The translations under genes were made by a program, and so were the position numbers. The notes under the pieces are model-generated. The model worked only from the letters and a program-made list of their open reading frames with translations. It made no database searches and had not been told where the DNA came from. A DNA stretch of 62,541 nucleotides, counting the filler, from Basidioascus undulatus (lineage: Eukaryota): the NCBI GenBank assembly GCA_000826855.1. It is 4 parts of 4 records of this genome, joined end to end, with 100 filler letters (N's around TTAATTAATTAA, not from the genome) between each part and the next. Parts side by side here need not be neighbours in the genome. Positions count along the whole stretch, not along the records: positions 1 to 15,596 come from JTLS01000637.1; positions 15,697 to 31,263 come from JTLS01000638.1; 2 more parts are not named here. One strand, given 5' to 3'. Below are positions 1-15,834 of this stretch, in pieces. Each line of letters starts with the position of its first letter. Position 1 is the stretch's first letter.

Positions 1-80
1 AGCCTCATCTCCTCTTCCTCTTCCTCCGCCTCCTCTTCCTCCTCTTCGCCTCCTCCTCTTCGCCTCCTCCTCTTCGCCGC
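1..80. repeat. C/T low-complexity tract including about 3 copies of a 14-nt unit (CCTCCTCTTCGCCT), inside a GUT1 intron at the contig end
   Basis: Directly visible at 1-80; may be why the contig breaks here. Confidence 0.7.
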
Positions 81-118
81 CGACTCGCCGGCCCCTAAAG
101 GAAGGAAAAGCAACTCAC

Positions 119-2827
<2,709 letters not shown>

Positions 2828-4199
2828 TCCCTGTGCGTCGTATTGATCTTGTCCGTTATAATCTCGGTTATTCGTAGGGCGCAGGGTGCGGACAGTCGCG
2901 CTGGACTAGAGGAGGTAGTAGAGAAGTCGTTTGAGCGGTGAGCGTGTGGTGTTGTACAAGCAAGCAGGCAAGGCGAGCAGGCAGCCTCTGGATCCACAAG
3001 GAGCGCTAGTCGCTGCCACACGTCAACTTGGCGGGCCTGCCCACGCTCCCGACATCTCGACACCCCGCGAGCCCCGTACCGCCCGGCGTTCCCGGGCCGA
3101 GTTCTTCGCTCTTCCTCTACGTCTTTTTCTTCACTTCCTCATCCCAATCCCGGAAGTATTCCTCAGGATCTACAGACATCCTCAAAGGCAGTCTGTTCAT
3201 TAGCAGTCTGACAGCGAGGAGGAGCGTCTCGTACGCAACTCCGCAGCAAACTGTTAACCTCCGCGCCTGACGTACGCTGCCCTGGAGCCCCAACGGGTCC
3301 CGGCCAGGCCTCGCTCATCGCTCCTCATGAGGAGAGCAGAGCATCTTCTCGCCTGGCATCATCCAAACCGACGTCGCTGATCACAGATTCACACTCGCTT
3401 TTTCCGCTAACCTTCTCAGGTTGCTAGCCCTCCTCGGTTGAAGGAGAGCATGCTTGAATGGGATTGAGGTTTGCGTACGGAGGTGGACCCTTGCGGGAGA
3501 AGGAGCATGGAGATGGAAGTCGGACGGACGAGAGTAGAGGAAACAGGGACGCCCATGCTCAGTTCCACCGTGGATACCTAGTCAGGACAACGCGCATCTC
3601 GTATAACTCGTTCCTTCTTTCCCATCCCACATGTACTGCCTCCGGGTTCCTACGGAACTGGTGGGTTGGTGGACTGGTGGGGCGGGGTGGGACGCTGGAG
3701 AAAGGTCGGGGGCAGACACTCGCACTCCTCGCTCGCTCCATCCTCACAACGCACCTAACGCCGACCGTTCGCTCGCGAGCCTCCATCCTTCAGACACATC
3801 CAGAATCCCTCAAATCAGAGCTGGTACGCGGGGTGCGGCGGCCAGGCACGGGTCAGACGCAGGTTGGTTCCGAGTCAAGGCAGGCCCTGATGGTCGTACA
3901 GACTCAAAGTTGTTCGATCCAACTCTACTGTTGCAAATCAAACAATAACTCCCGTCTTGTACTTGTGTATCGTACTCGCTACAAACAAATCGCCTGTTAG
4001 CGGCAGCCAGCCGGGTGCCCAGCGCGGGTTTCCCACCTTTATTAGAAAGCAGCATACAAGCTCGCGACACCTAAAACGGGACGATGCATCAAACACGCAC
4101 GCCTTAACAAAAGGAGCATTTTCCTAGTAGTCCGCTCCCTATTCGCTACAGTCTCCGACCACCCCTCTTACCCACTCGGCATCCTTCTCAGAGGTTCGC

Positions 4200-6400
4200 T
4201 CGCAGCTTCAGTAAATCCCCAGAGGGCAAAGAATATGAAAGTTTCAGATGATCCTTTCGTTGTGAGAAAGAGAGGCACAGGACTTGCGTGCCGCCCGCTC
4301 CAGTCCGACGTCTGTCGTGCAGTCTGGCCATCTCGGAAGGCAGGCGACCGTGCATATTTTTTACAGGGCGCCGCATTCAAGAGACAGACTGCTCCTGATC
4401 AGAAGTAAAAGTATCCTTCCAGCTCTCTTCCCTCTCAAAGTCGTTCAGGCGGAATCGGTAATCGCAGACAAGATCCGTGCGTCCCTGGACATTCTATGTC
4501 CAGGAGGGTATCAATGCCTCAATCATAATGACCCGTAGAATACATAAAATTACCCTCTTCGGTAACGTCTGGACATTCTCACCGAGCAGTTGCCCACACT
4601 TCCGAGCCGATGGGATGAGGGTGACTGCCGGGTCTTGCAACAGGACCTTGTCGGGCTGTCCTCTACGCGTTTCTTGCGAGATGATAACTACAGGGTGAAG
4701 TACGTTTCCCGTTGCTCTGGAAGGGAAGGGAGCAGAAGCGCCTTCTCCCGCCCATCGTCCAGGAGAACCGCATGATGCTGCTCACTCGCACTCGCTTTTT
4801 CGGCCCAGCTGCTTGCGGTTATCCAGCTCGAGGGGCAGGATAACATGTTGTGATAGGAATCTGGGTGCTGCTGTCCTCCGGCTTCCAAAACAGACCGGGA
4901 CGAGAGGCGAAGAAGAAACGGGGACGGGCAGGCCTTGTGGATACCGAGCGCACGCAGTTGGAGCAGGAGTCGTTGCTTCTATTCCTTTCCGTTCATGAGT
5001 GACTTGGGCTGCTTCGGGGCAGCTCGTGCTAACCTGCTCATGCTAACCTGAAGTTCAGCCGAGTGGACAGAGCGCTCCGACTTCCTTCAATCCCGGCAAC
5101 GCACCCACATTTTTCATCGCCTCACCCCGCAACAGGTTTCCCTAGGCTTCAAAGGCTCGTCCGGGGGTGAGTATTCAGAGGCTAGCCCGGCGAGCCGCAC
5201 ATTGTGGTTCGAGCCGAGTTCATTTCCGAGGCAGACTCTGTTCGGGTCCGGGTTCACTCATACCGACTCGAAACCGTTCTATCCTAGCCGACCTGTTCGT
5301 AAAAAGAATTTCCGTTATGCTACCTGTGCTCTTGCGCTCATGATAGATCGCCTGCCGTTTTGAGTGAGGCAAGTACGTTCTTCCTCACTCTCAAAAGCAG
5401 CCAGCTCGCCGCCAGCCGCCCCACCACTCAGCAGTGCCTTAGAATATACGCCTCACCGTAGGAGCGATATCTATGTATCCCAGCATTCCACCCTGAAAAG
5501 TGCAAAACCAGAGAAATCTTCAATGCGTGTCAGGAGCTTGCGATTCTCTGATCAACTCGGAATCTCCGCTCAGTGCACTTACGTCCACGCCACCGCTCGT
5601 TCCTGGGATTTCACTGGCAACGGCTTTGATGGTTCAGGCGACAGCTGGGATGCTTTTAAAGATCTTTCTTCTGCGAGAGAGCAAAACTCACAGGCCGCTC
5701 CAGTCCTGCGCTCGAGATCTGTTGTGTTCGCCCATCTTGTATGCCAGGCGACAGTGCTGATTTCTTGAAAGGTACCATTCTCAAAAGACAGGCCATGTAT
5801 CCTTTCAGCTCTCTTCCAAGCTGAAGTCACCTTGACCGCCCCTCGAAGCTCAGCCCCTGTGCAGGTGGACCCCTGCGACGTTATCAGCGAGGGAAAACTG
5901 CTGCGTCTCCGGCATTATCTGTTAACATCCATCGTTCTTGGGTCCCATCCTAAACAGGGGTTGCATTCATATACTCCTTGTCCCGTAACGCCAGGAGATC
6001 TCACGGAGAGCGGTCCATACAGCCTCTCAGCGAGAATTGCAAGCGGGAACTTGCCCCCTGTCGTCTCTGACTTTCTTGGAAGATTATGCAGAGTAATAAA
6101 TGTTGGGATGTTCTTGCTCTTCGGATGGGAAAGGGTGCCAGGTCGACAAGGCGAGGGTGAGGACAGAGTCGCACTGCCTGGCTGTAATAATATCCCTTTG
6201 AAATGCTACTGGGAGGAAAGAAAAGGAACCACAATATCTGGCTCGCTTTTTCTGCGGCAACGGCAGACCAATACGTAACGGCGCATGGCACGGCAACAAC
6301 GTATAATGTCCAAGTCAGTCTGGCGGAACTCGGTTTCTCTCTGCATTGGGGGATCAGTTCAGGAAACTCAACAAAATCTCAATAGTCTTTCAAGAGAAAT
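4200..6400 (+). pseudogene. Two decayed tandem paralogous segments (period about 1.4 kb), possibly F-box/LRR-type gene relics
   Basis: CCGCTCCAGTCC occurs at 4295 and 5695, and GTATCCTTYCAGCTCTCTTCC at 4411 and 5797. The aligned frames read AGDRAYFLQGAAFKRQ..YPSSSLPS versus PGDSADFLKGTILKRQAMYPFSSLPS, both with stops. The family assignment is weak. Confidence 0.4.
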
Positions 6401-6865
6401 GTAATTTAAAATGCCATCATGCGCAGCGAGAAAGCAGACACGGAGGTCGACGTGTCCGTCCTGCCGCCTGCGAGAGGTTGAAGAAGTCTCACTGCGGCCC
6501 GTCTCTTCCGCTCACCTCTCACCGCCGTCTGAGGTGGCCTTCGCTTCAAACCCCACCTCTCCAGAGTCCTTATAATCCATTCAACCATGGATCCCTTCCC
6601 TCACCGCTCATTGCTCTCTCCAAACTCGAACTTCAATAGCCCCTCTAATCGGCTCGCACTTTCTCTCGATTTTCCTCGTCAATCTCGATTTTCGTACCTT
6701 CACGAGCACCCAACCCGCTGAATCGACCCTTTCAACCCGCTTCTTGTTAGCCATTCCCCGCTCACTACTCTTCCCTCGGCAGGTCAGGATCCTCACCGAC
6801 GCCAGGGAGCGGGACAACATCAACATCGTCTCTTGGCTCCAGCGCGCGTGACGCGGTCCATGGCC

Positions 6866-6899
6866 AGCCGCGGGCGCAATCAAGCCGCGGGCGCAATCA
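6866..6899. repeat. Perfect 17-nt tandem duplication (AGCCGCGGGCGCAATCA)x2
   Basis: Directly visible. Confidence 0.9.
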
Positions 6900-7817
6900 A
6901 CCTTATATTCCCCCGCAGAGGAAGGGAGGCATGCGCGGGCGCGGCGGGATGAGGGCGAGAAGGAGAATGCTGTAGGCGGTGCGGGCAATGGGAAGCGCAA
7001 GGGCAATGAGCGGGCGGAGGACAGCACAAGCAGTGGTGGTGAGTTGACGAGTGCGTCTCTCCGCTCACTCTCCCTCATGCTCTCTAACTCATGCGGTACT
7101 CTCATTTGGGCGCAGGACCTCCGCCCGCACTGCCCATTCTGCCGCATACCAATGGCTGCCCCAAGTTGGAACGTCACGCTGCACTCGCAAGCGATGCGGT
7201 GGGCGGAAGACCATCAATTGCCCGACTACGCCGAACAGAGAAGGTGCGGCACATTCGTTTTCTCGTCCCAGTCCCATATTCCGCTTTCTTGAAATCTCCG
7301 TTCCAATTTTACATCGACTCTTTACACGCCAAAATGACCGCTCCTCAGCGCGGCCGCACCCGCCCTCCTTGCCCGCAAGCGGCGTGAGCGCAGAGATCGC
7401 GAGCGCCGTATCCGCCAGCGGGAGAGGCAGAGGAAAATCGAGCTCCGAGAGTTCTGTTTCCCCAGAAAACGCCCGGTCAAAGGAGCGACAGGTACCGCCA
7501 CAGGGACGCTTCTGTGACAGGCAGCGGAAAGGCATGAACGTATACACTATTGACGAGCTGGAACATGTGCGTGATCGAAGAGTTCAGATTCAGATGTGGT
7601 CTTCCGGATCGGAGCCCCTGCGTCCATGCGTCTTGTAAGCCTTGCCTTTCATCCGACGGGAAGAAGGGGCTGGGATTGCGAAAGCAGGAAAAGCTATGCA
7701 TTCGGGGGTTTGCATCGCATGTGCGGAAATGGGATATCAGAATAAGAAACCCCTAATCAAGCGAGTATACCCTCAGTCCGAGCTTTAGTGACCGCACGCC
7801 GTCCATCATGTTCGAGA

Positions 7818-9333
7818 TTACAGATGGTGCCCCCGGAAGCGCCAGAGCAGCTCGATGCCCAGGATTTTCTCCAGCTCCTGCACCGCCTTGCGGTTCTGTC
7901 CTAGATGCACGCCTGTGAAGAAGGGCCGGCGGTCAGGATTCCCCGTGCTCTGCGGACGGTTAGTCAAAGTGAACGTACGGATGGTCGTCATTCCGAGTTC
8001 CTGAGCAGCTTTCAGGTTCCTATACGTAAGCAATCCGAGAGAATGATATCTGATTAGTGCAACCGCTGGGCAGTAAGTAAGAGGAAACAAGACGTGCAGG
8101 CCAAGATCGTCGAGGAAGACCACCTCGGACGGCTGGACGCCGGTGATCTCGCATGCGCGCAAGAAGAACTTCGGATCAGGTTTCCTATCCCCTCTAATCC
8201 ATGAGCATTCCAATGAAGAAAAATCAAAGATGCGAGGTGCTGCTAACTCACCGCATTCCCTCCACCGAAGACTCGATGAAGTGGTCGAAGACGTGCTTGA
8301 CCCGGTCGGTCTGCGTACCCTCCCCGAAACCCAGGAACTGCAGCTCAGCGCGGACCTTGTCCCCTGCGGGCGCGGCCGCGTCTCCGGCAGCGGCGGGCGT
8401 GGAAGTCGGCTCGGGGGAGATGGCGGGGTACTGGAAGTTATTCGTGAGCGCTGCGATGGTGTACCGTCCGGTCTCTGAGGTGGAGGGAAGAGGAAGAGAG
8501 TTGAGCAGCTCGCATGTTCTGGAGTAAGGGAGGAAGTACCTTTCAGTCTTTGGATCGCTTGCCAGATCCAGGGATTCTTCTTGGTCGACGCGCGCATCAT
8601 CATGCCGAAGAGCTGGGTGGAAGATAGTGGGTAGCGTACGCGACAAGATGACGACCCTTGATATGCGCCCTCTCGTACCTCCCGACCGTCAATCTCAACC
8701 CGCGCAGGCAATGCAGGCACAGCTGCAGAGACGCCAGGTCAGCGCGATCTGCGCATGAAGAAAATCCGAAGCAGGGCGACTCACGCAGCCCCCGCTTCTC
8801 GCAGTACTTCACATAATGCGCGTTGTTCTCCTCAGCTCGGGACAGGTCCTTCCCAAAGGCGTCGTAAAAGTACCACAGGCCTATTTCGCCGCGCTCATAG
8901 CGCTGCTCTCCCACCCGCAATTCAGCATGAACGGGCGGGCGCGGGAAGAGAGTGTGAGATGGAAGGGTCGTACCTGCCAGGCACCGTTATGACCTCCGCA
9001 GGTTCTATTGAGCAAACAGTTGATCAATTGGGCGCATGAAAGTGGCAGCGGGGATGCGAGCGAAGCGTGAGACTCACATCGCGTTGTTTATCCAGTCCCT
9101 CGGCAGGCCCTTCTGCGCCTCATAGCTGAGGATATCACAGGCGCTTAAACAAGTGCCTTCATAAAGGTTTCCAGCACTGAAGTAAGCCTACGCGTAGATT
9201 CCCTGAAGCGGACTGCCAACGACAACTCCTCCGACGCTGCAAGAGGGATAGTCAACGAGCCGTCGTGTGGGGCCCCCGAGAGCAGCCGGACCTACTCGAA
9301 GATGACCGCTTTGTACTTCTGTGACGGCGCCAT
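7818..9333 (-). CDS. HAD-superfamily hydrolase (ACAD10 / epoxide-hydrolase N-terminal-like phosphatase), multi-exon
   Basis: MAPSQKYKAVIFD/VGGVVVGSP (motif I), IAALTNNF (motif II), FDHFIESSVEGMR/KPDPKFF (motif III), VVFLDDLG/NLKAAQELGMTTI (motif IV). TAA at 7818. Confidence 0.9.
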
Positions 9334-9987
9334 TCAAAACCGTTATCCAAAGTTTGAAAAGAGGAGGTTGTAGGGAAAGAGCGAAGAGAGAAGAGAGAAC
9401 GTCGAACGAGCGCCATGCAGGCTGCTATGCCGGTCCGGGGAGGAGGGCCGGCACTTCGGCAAATGCCGACCCGGCGACTGACCGCCAGATACCGCCCGAG
9501 CTCTTCAACGAGCTGGGCCCAGAAGTCGTTGACTGTTCGATGCGTTCACGAGCAGCAACAATAACGACCTCAATAATGCAACAGGGGGTGGATGCATTGA
9601 CGTCGACCCATGCGAGAGGACGGTCCTGCCGCGAAGGTGAGCATGCTCGTTACCCGCGCGGCAGACAACAGCCAGCAACCCCAACGATCGATCCAAACGA
9701 GTGTATAGATTAAGCTGGTCCGACGGTCCGTCCATGCAATGATGTGGTGTGTGGAAAAAGAGAAAGGAGCATCCGAGAGTACGAGGCGATGCGATTCTAT
9801 CCGAATGCAGGTGCAGGGATAGTATGAGGAATCCGAAATCCGTAGAGACTGTGCGAGGGGGAAACCGAAGCAGGCAAAATAACGAAAGAAAAGAAAAGAG
9901 AACAGAAGAACAGAAGCGAGCGACATCGAAAACCACAGCAAACCGATCCAAAGGTCCAAGAGTCCGAGAGTCCGAGAGTCCAAAGAA

Positions 9988-11211
9988 TCACGAACAAGGA
10001 TTCGGCAGTCCCTCAAGCCACTTCCCAAAATCCTCCTGCCCCTCCGGCAATCCAATCACGCCCTCCTTAACCATAGTCTCCCAGCTATAGAGCCTGACGC
10101 GCTCGGGCGGGGGCGCCTGGACGCGCGTCTCCGCGGGGGAGACGACCGCGCGGAAGGACCACTGCGCGCCGCCGGCGACGGTGTTGTACCCTGCGAGCTG
10201 GTCTAGCCAGTACTGGTGCGTGTAGGAGTCGGAGTTCATGGCGGAGACGAGGGACCTGTGGGGCGGAGAGAGGGAGGTTAGATGGCGAGGGCTCAGGACG
10301 GGGGGGGATGCGAGGCATGAGCAGGGAGGGGGGCTAGGGAAGCGGAGACGGACCACTCATTGATCACGATGGGGATGGGGTAGCCGGCGTATTTCTGGGG
10401 ACCAGTACTGAGTTCGTATGCCGGAGCGTGGGGAAGAGATCGGCTCTGCGCACGTTCACGTTGGAGCACAGCAGCTCCTGAATCTCAGTCGCGTTGGTCT
10501 TAGGCGGGAACTACGCTCTCCTCTCGTCTTTAGCCACGCCATCCGACATCCTCCCTGGTAGCTTTCACTCCCAATAAAGAAAACGCACGTTGCCGGGGTA
10601 GGGGTGGTCAGCAATCACAACCTCCTCCTTCCCCGCAACGAAGTCTGCCCCATCCATCCGCCCATCAGCCAACGTGCAGCGTCCAGCCAACCCATGGGCA
10701 GGTGGAGTGGGGCACGAACCCTTCCAGTATGAGATCTGGTCCCCCGACGCGAACGCGTGGGAGAAGATCATCGGGAGCGGGTAGGAAGAGTTGCGGATCG
10801 TCGCGTCTGCCGTCGTCCCCACCCAAACTCTCCCAGTCAGCGCATGCTATCCCCCATGCGCAGGACTTGATGGAAAGGGAGGAGACGTACAGGACCGCTC
10901 GTAGTACCCCCGCAAAACCTCAAACTCCTCGTCGCTCTTGGGCATGGGCTCGTTCTGTTGTCCGTCACGGTTCAGCATGAGACGAGGAAGGGAAAGGGGC
11001 GGGAGGGGGAGTGAAGAAAGACGCACAGCAACTTCAAGAGCAGCGATGATATCCCTGTACTCGCATTGCTCGATCCAGCGCATCACCGCGCGCACGAGCT
11101 CGTCGGAGCGGGCTTGGTACTCGGGCTGGTAGAAGAGTCGCTGTTGGCGCTCAACTGTCTATCAGTTTCTGCACCACCTCGGTTAAGGGATGGCGGGTGG
11201 ACCTCGGTGGT
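9988..11211 (-). CDS. Glycoside hydrolase family 5 (exo-beta-1,3-glucanase-like), C-terminal part only; N-terminal barrel strands absent
   Basis: IAALEVA/xNEP (acid/base Glu), GYYERS, IFSHAF, VIADHPY, PIVINEWS (nucleophile Glu), YWLDQLAGY, GAQWSFR, YSWETMVKEGVI. Stop at 9988. Confidence 0.8.
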
Positions 11212-11320
11212 CTGTGGGGGGGAGGGAGAGACGTTAGGAGCGGATAGCCCAGTCGCTTGAGACAGGGCGAATCCCAGGTGCGGCTGGGAGAGGGAGAGGG
11301 CGGAGGGCGGGGGGACGGAC

Positions 11321-11988
<668 letters not shown>

Positions 11989-12532
11989 TTAACTACTTCG
12001 TGTACACAAACTCGAGTGAATTCTGAATCTTAGTGAGGTGCGTAGCGGCATACGAAACGGCCGCTGAAGGCTATAGAGCCTTGTGCATCAAAAGGGTTGC
12101 ATGAGCCAGCGTTGCAATGCTGTGCCCGATGCACGGCTGCTTTTACCTGTCGCGATAGGAAGACAGTGGAGACCCACACAGAACTCTGAGCGCGAACGCG
12201 TTCAGAGACGCCGCGGCAGCCGCGCCCAACCCATTCCACCCTGCACGCCCGCACGCAAGCCACAGCAAGTCACAGAGCGCCTGTTGAAAGGCATACATCG
12301 GGGGGCGCTGTTGAAACGCCCTGAGATGGGTGGGTACAGATCCGGATGGCAGGATGCAGAGAAGTACAACAGTGTTGAAGGTTGCGTCGTGTAGGGTTGA
12401 AGCCGGGCAAGTGGGGAAGAAATGCGCATGCGAGAGTGCGAGAGAGACCAGAGACCAGAATGCAAGTGGGCGGCGTGGAGGGGAGAGACGGGGAGAAGAG
12501 GAGGATGGGCGGGGGATGGAGGGGGGAGATGT

Positions 12533-13729
12533 CTACCACCGCGTGGCCTGAGGCGAGCGGATGAGCGTGAGGAACTCTTCGCGCGTCTTTTGGCTGTTCC
12601 TGAAGCACCCGAGCATCGTGCTCGTCACTGTGGATGCCCCGGGCTTCTGCACGCCGCGCATCGACATGCACATGTGGCTGTTCCGTCCCCGCCCACCATC
12701 CGTCTCCCCTAATCAGCTCCCACCCCCCCTTCTAGTACGCGGCGGAAGGAGAAAGAAAGCGACGCACCTGGCCTCCATCACCACCGCGACGCCCTGCGGC
12801 TCTATCGCCTCCTCCACGGCCAGCGCGACCTGCTTGCACAGCCGCTCCTGCACCTGCAGCCGCCGGGAGAAGGTCTCGGCGATGCGCGCGAGCTTGGAGA
12901 GACCCAGGACTTTGCGGTTCGGGATGTAGCCGATGGAGATCTGCCGGGGGGGAGTGAATGAGTCACGCGAGTGGGGGTGAGGCACGGAGGGAGGAAGGGC
13001 AGGGAGGGAGAGGGGGGGAGAGGACGGACCTTGCCAACGAAGGGGACGAGGTGGTGCTCGCACAGGGAGAAGATGTCGATGTCCCGCACAATGACCATCT
13101 CGTCGTGGTCCTCCTCAAACACCGCATTGTTCAGGACGTCTGCCCCACCCACCGCATCAGCCTCTCCTCTCCCCTCGATCCATCTCCCCAATTTGAATCA
13201 CCCGACAGCTGCAGCCCACATCCCTAATTAGCCTCCTACCACCAAAGAGAACCCCTGAGAAAGACGCACCCGCTCCTCATACCCCTTCGTCATATACAAC
13301 AGCGCCTTCGCATACCTCTCGGGCGTCTTGAGCAGCCCCTCGCGCTCCGGGTCTTCCCCGATACACTCCAGCAGCGTCTTCACCGCCCCCGCCAGCTTCT
13401 CCGTCCGCGCGGCCTTCTCCTCCGCGCTCTCCTGCAACCTTGTCAAGGTGGACTTCGCTGCCCTCCCGTCAGACCCTATCAGCCCACGCTCCCCCCGGGG
13501 ATAATCAAGAGCAGGGGGAGGACGCACCAGGCCAGCCCAGCCCATTCACGTCCGCCACGGGCGTGCTCACCCGCGTGCCGTTCACGCTGCTCGAGCGGGA
13601 GGAGCCGAAGCGCGGGAGACGCCCGAGGTCGAGTGTAGCACGCGAGGAAGACGCAGCGGTGTAGTGGTCCGGCTCGTCGTCGGAGGCGGGGTCTTGCGGC
13701 CCGGGGGAGCGCGCGGCGGAGGAGGACAT
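12533..13729 (-). CDS. FOL2: GTP cyclohydrolase I, multi-exon
   Basis: [91 protein letters not shown] at 12533. TATAAA lies upstream at 13919-13924. Confidence 0.96.
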
Positions 13730-15198
13730 CGTTGCGCCTGACGGGAGGAGGGAGATGGGAGGAGAATGGGAGGTTGGGAATGGGAAGAAGGTATGACTTG
13801 CTTGACTTTTCGGAGCAAGGAAGGAGGGCGTGGGAAAAGTCCCGAGGTGTGCTTTCCGAGGTGTCAGTGTCAACTGTCGCTCCCGGTGAGATAGAACACC
13901 AGCCGTGACTCGACAACCTTTATATCATAGATGAAACAGGAAGTCCCGTCAGCCAAATGTGTACACCGTGCGGCTTGAAGATTTTCATGCGGGAGAGGTG
14001 GTCATCAGCTGTGCGGGCAAGATGACAGCGGAGGCAATTTGCGCAGTCGACACCCTTTCGCAGCTGCATTCTCGCGGCAAAATCGCCCATCAGCAACACA
14101 GGCTCATGTCTTGTAGATCTCTGGAATTTCCATTGTGAGATCCCATGTACTGAGGAATTGCCTAGTCTGTCTGACGGTGTCCAGGGAATTGAGTATCGGC
14201 TCGCGGCCAGCTCTCGCGTTCATCTTCCGCTGCAGACGGCTTGCTGAAGACTCTCTCAGTGCGCTCGAGTGTCTCGAAGGGGTTTCAGATACGGAAGCGG
14301 TTTAGGTGAATTGTAAGTCTGGGTTAAGGTAATGCTGGGTCGCGAATCGGGGCAGGCAGACAGTCAAGTGGTGCTGCGTTACGGCCACGCCCCGGTGGTT
14401 TTTCGCTCATACAAGTACGTTCATCCTGTGAAGCTAGGAGCTTTAGTTTTCTTTTTGACTGAGAGACGCGGTACATCATTAGGATGAGCAAGATCGCAAC
14501 GAAGGCAAGTCGGAAGGTCCGCGACTTCGCAGGCTTTCGCAGTGCCTTCTGCATTCGCGTGGCACACTCACATCAGCTACGCCAGCCCACCCGCGGCATG
14601 AATTTTGGAATACTACTAGAAATCAATATCCACTTCCGAATTTATTATTCCGGCTGGCAGGAACCGGACAACAGCCTCAGCGGACGGCAGTTCCAGCGTT
14701 TCACTCTGAATGGCAACAGACGGCACGGCTCGCACAACACTTTCATTTATGTCTACTTAGGCAGATCATGAGGCCCAGATTTCTAAGACCGAAGTGGCCT
14801 GGCTCTAGAAAGCTCTTGACCCTGGAGAGAGGCTGAGAAAAGTAGGAGGTTTACTAAGGTTAACCTGCGCATACGGACATTGCTCCGCTTCAGGCTGTCG
14901 TCAACATGCAGTTGTGCCGCTCAGGGTAAGCCCTTTCATTCAGAAGCTTCCACCACACAGAACAGATTGGACAATATGATTATGTAATGATATCCGCAGC
15001 CCCATGGATGCTTTCAGGGCGTTTTCTGCAGTAGTGGTTGTCGGAGGGCATGGATCCTCATCCCGCACACACACTCACACTCTCCCGTACGAACTGTTCG
15101 CCGTTCACCTCATTATCTCACCCCATCCTCAAAGCCAGTACACACCCCACTCCACCCCCCGCCTATCCCTCCCTCGCCCGCGCCCGCGCCCCCAAGAT

Positions 15199-15543
15199 CT
15201 ACTTGAACCTCTCCGGGAGCCAGAAAAGCGTCTCGTGCTCGGAGAACAGATATATGTGCCAGATCCCATGGACCCATGGAAGAGAAAAGAAAAACCCCAC
15301 CGCGATCCAGAATTTATACTTGAACGCCTGAAGGTGCTCGCCCTTGAACTTGAAGCGGAAGTTCTGTGGATGAAGACGGGGTAAGCGGGCGTTTTCGAGC
15401 AAGATCGGGGGAAGGTTGGAGGGGGGAGGGACGGGGTAAAGGAGGGACGGGGAAGAGGCTGGAGTATAAAAGCGAGACATAAGTTTCCCAAGGCATTCTC
15501 CGCATGGAACGCCCGACGCGCGATAGCACGAACCAGACATTCC
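15199..15543 (-). CDS. Cytochrome c oxidase subunit VIIc-like (yeast Cox8 family); start uncertain, donor site non-canonical, possibly a pseudogene
   Basis: LVRAIARRAFHAENALGN followed by NFRFKFKGEHLQAFKYKFWIAVGFFFSLPW resembles the HxEN..GNN.PF plus single-TM pattern of subunit VIIc. Confidence 0.6.
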   Translation of the reverse strand, partial: GMSGSCYRASGVPCGECLGKLMSRFYTPASSPSLLYPVPPPSNLPPILLENARLPRLHPQNFRFKFKGEHLQAFKYKFWIAVGFFFSLPWVHGIWHIYLFSEHETLFWLPERFK

Positions 15544-15596
15544 TGCTCCCTCCTCCCCCGGCAGTTCATAAAGAGTGCAGCGCACCCCGCGGGGGG

Positions 15597-15696
15597 NNNN
15601 NNNNNNNNNNNNNNNNNNNNNNNNNNNNNNNNNNNNNNNNTTAATTAATTAANNNNNNNNNNNNNNNNNNNNNNNNNNNNNNNNNNNNNNNNNNNN
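15597..15696. other. Artificial contig spacer N44-TTAATTAATTAA-N44
   Basis: Linker with stops in all six frames (PacI-containing) flanked by Ns. Confidence 0.99.
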
Positions 15697-15834
15697 GCGG
15701 GAAGCGAGGGAACGTGAGCAGAGTGCACATATGGGAGCGGGTGATGAAGTCTGAGGTGGGGATGTGGAAGAGCTGGACGAGCTGCGTGCGGGAAGCGAGG
15801 GAACGTGAGCAGAGTGCACATATGGGAGCGGGTG
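15697..15834. repeat. About 47-nt direct repeat (GCGGGAAGCGAGGGAACGTGAGCAGAGTGCACATATGGGAGCGGGTG) at 15697 and ~15788, within a SAM35 intron
   Basis: Directly visible; the first copy abuts the contig end. Confidence 0.9.

Noticed and set aside
3000..3800. Protein-like minus-strand fragments with intron-like signals
   Set aside because: Interrupted by stops and without a recognisable motif; I cannot build a model.
3858..3932. tRNA-like T-arm AGTTG-TTCGATC-CAACT at 3908-3924
   Set aside because: No adequate acceptor stem or anticodon arm. At most a chance match or a relic; tRNAscan-SE would settle it.
5155..5276. Two adjacent imperfect hairpins resembling an H/ACA snoRNA
   Set aside because: No ANANNA hinge box or correctly placed ACA tail on either strand.
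14324..14560. Short minus-strand segment with a TM-like stretch (LAFVAILLILMM), a possible tail-anchored microprotein
   Set aside because: Atypical donor, no convincing upstream exons and no family similarity.
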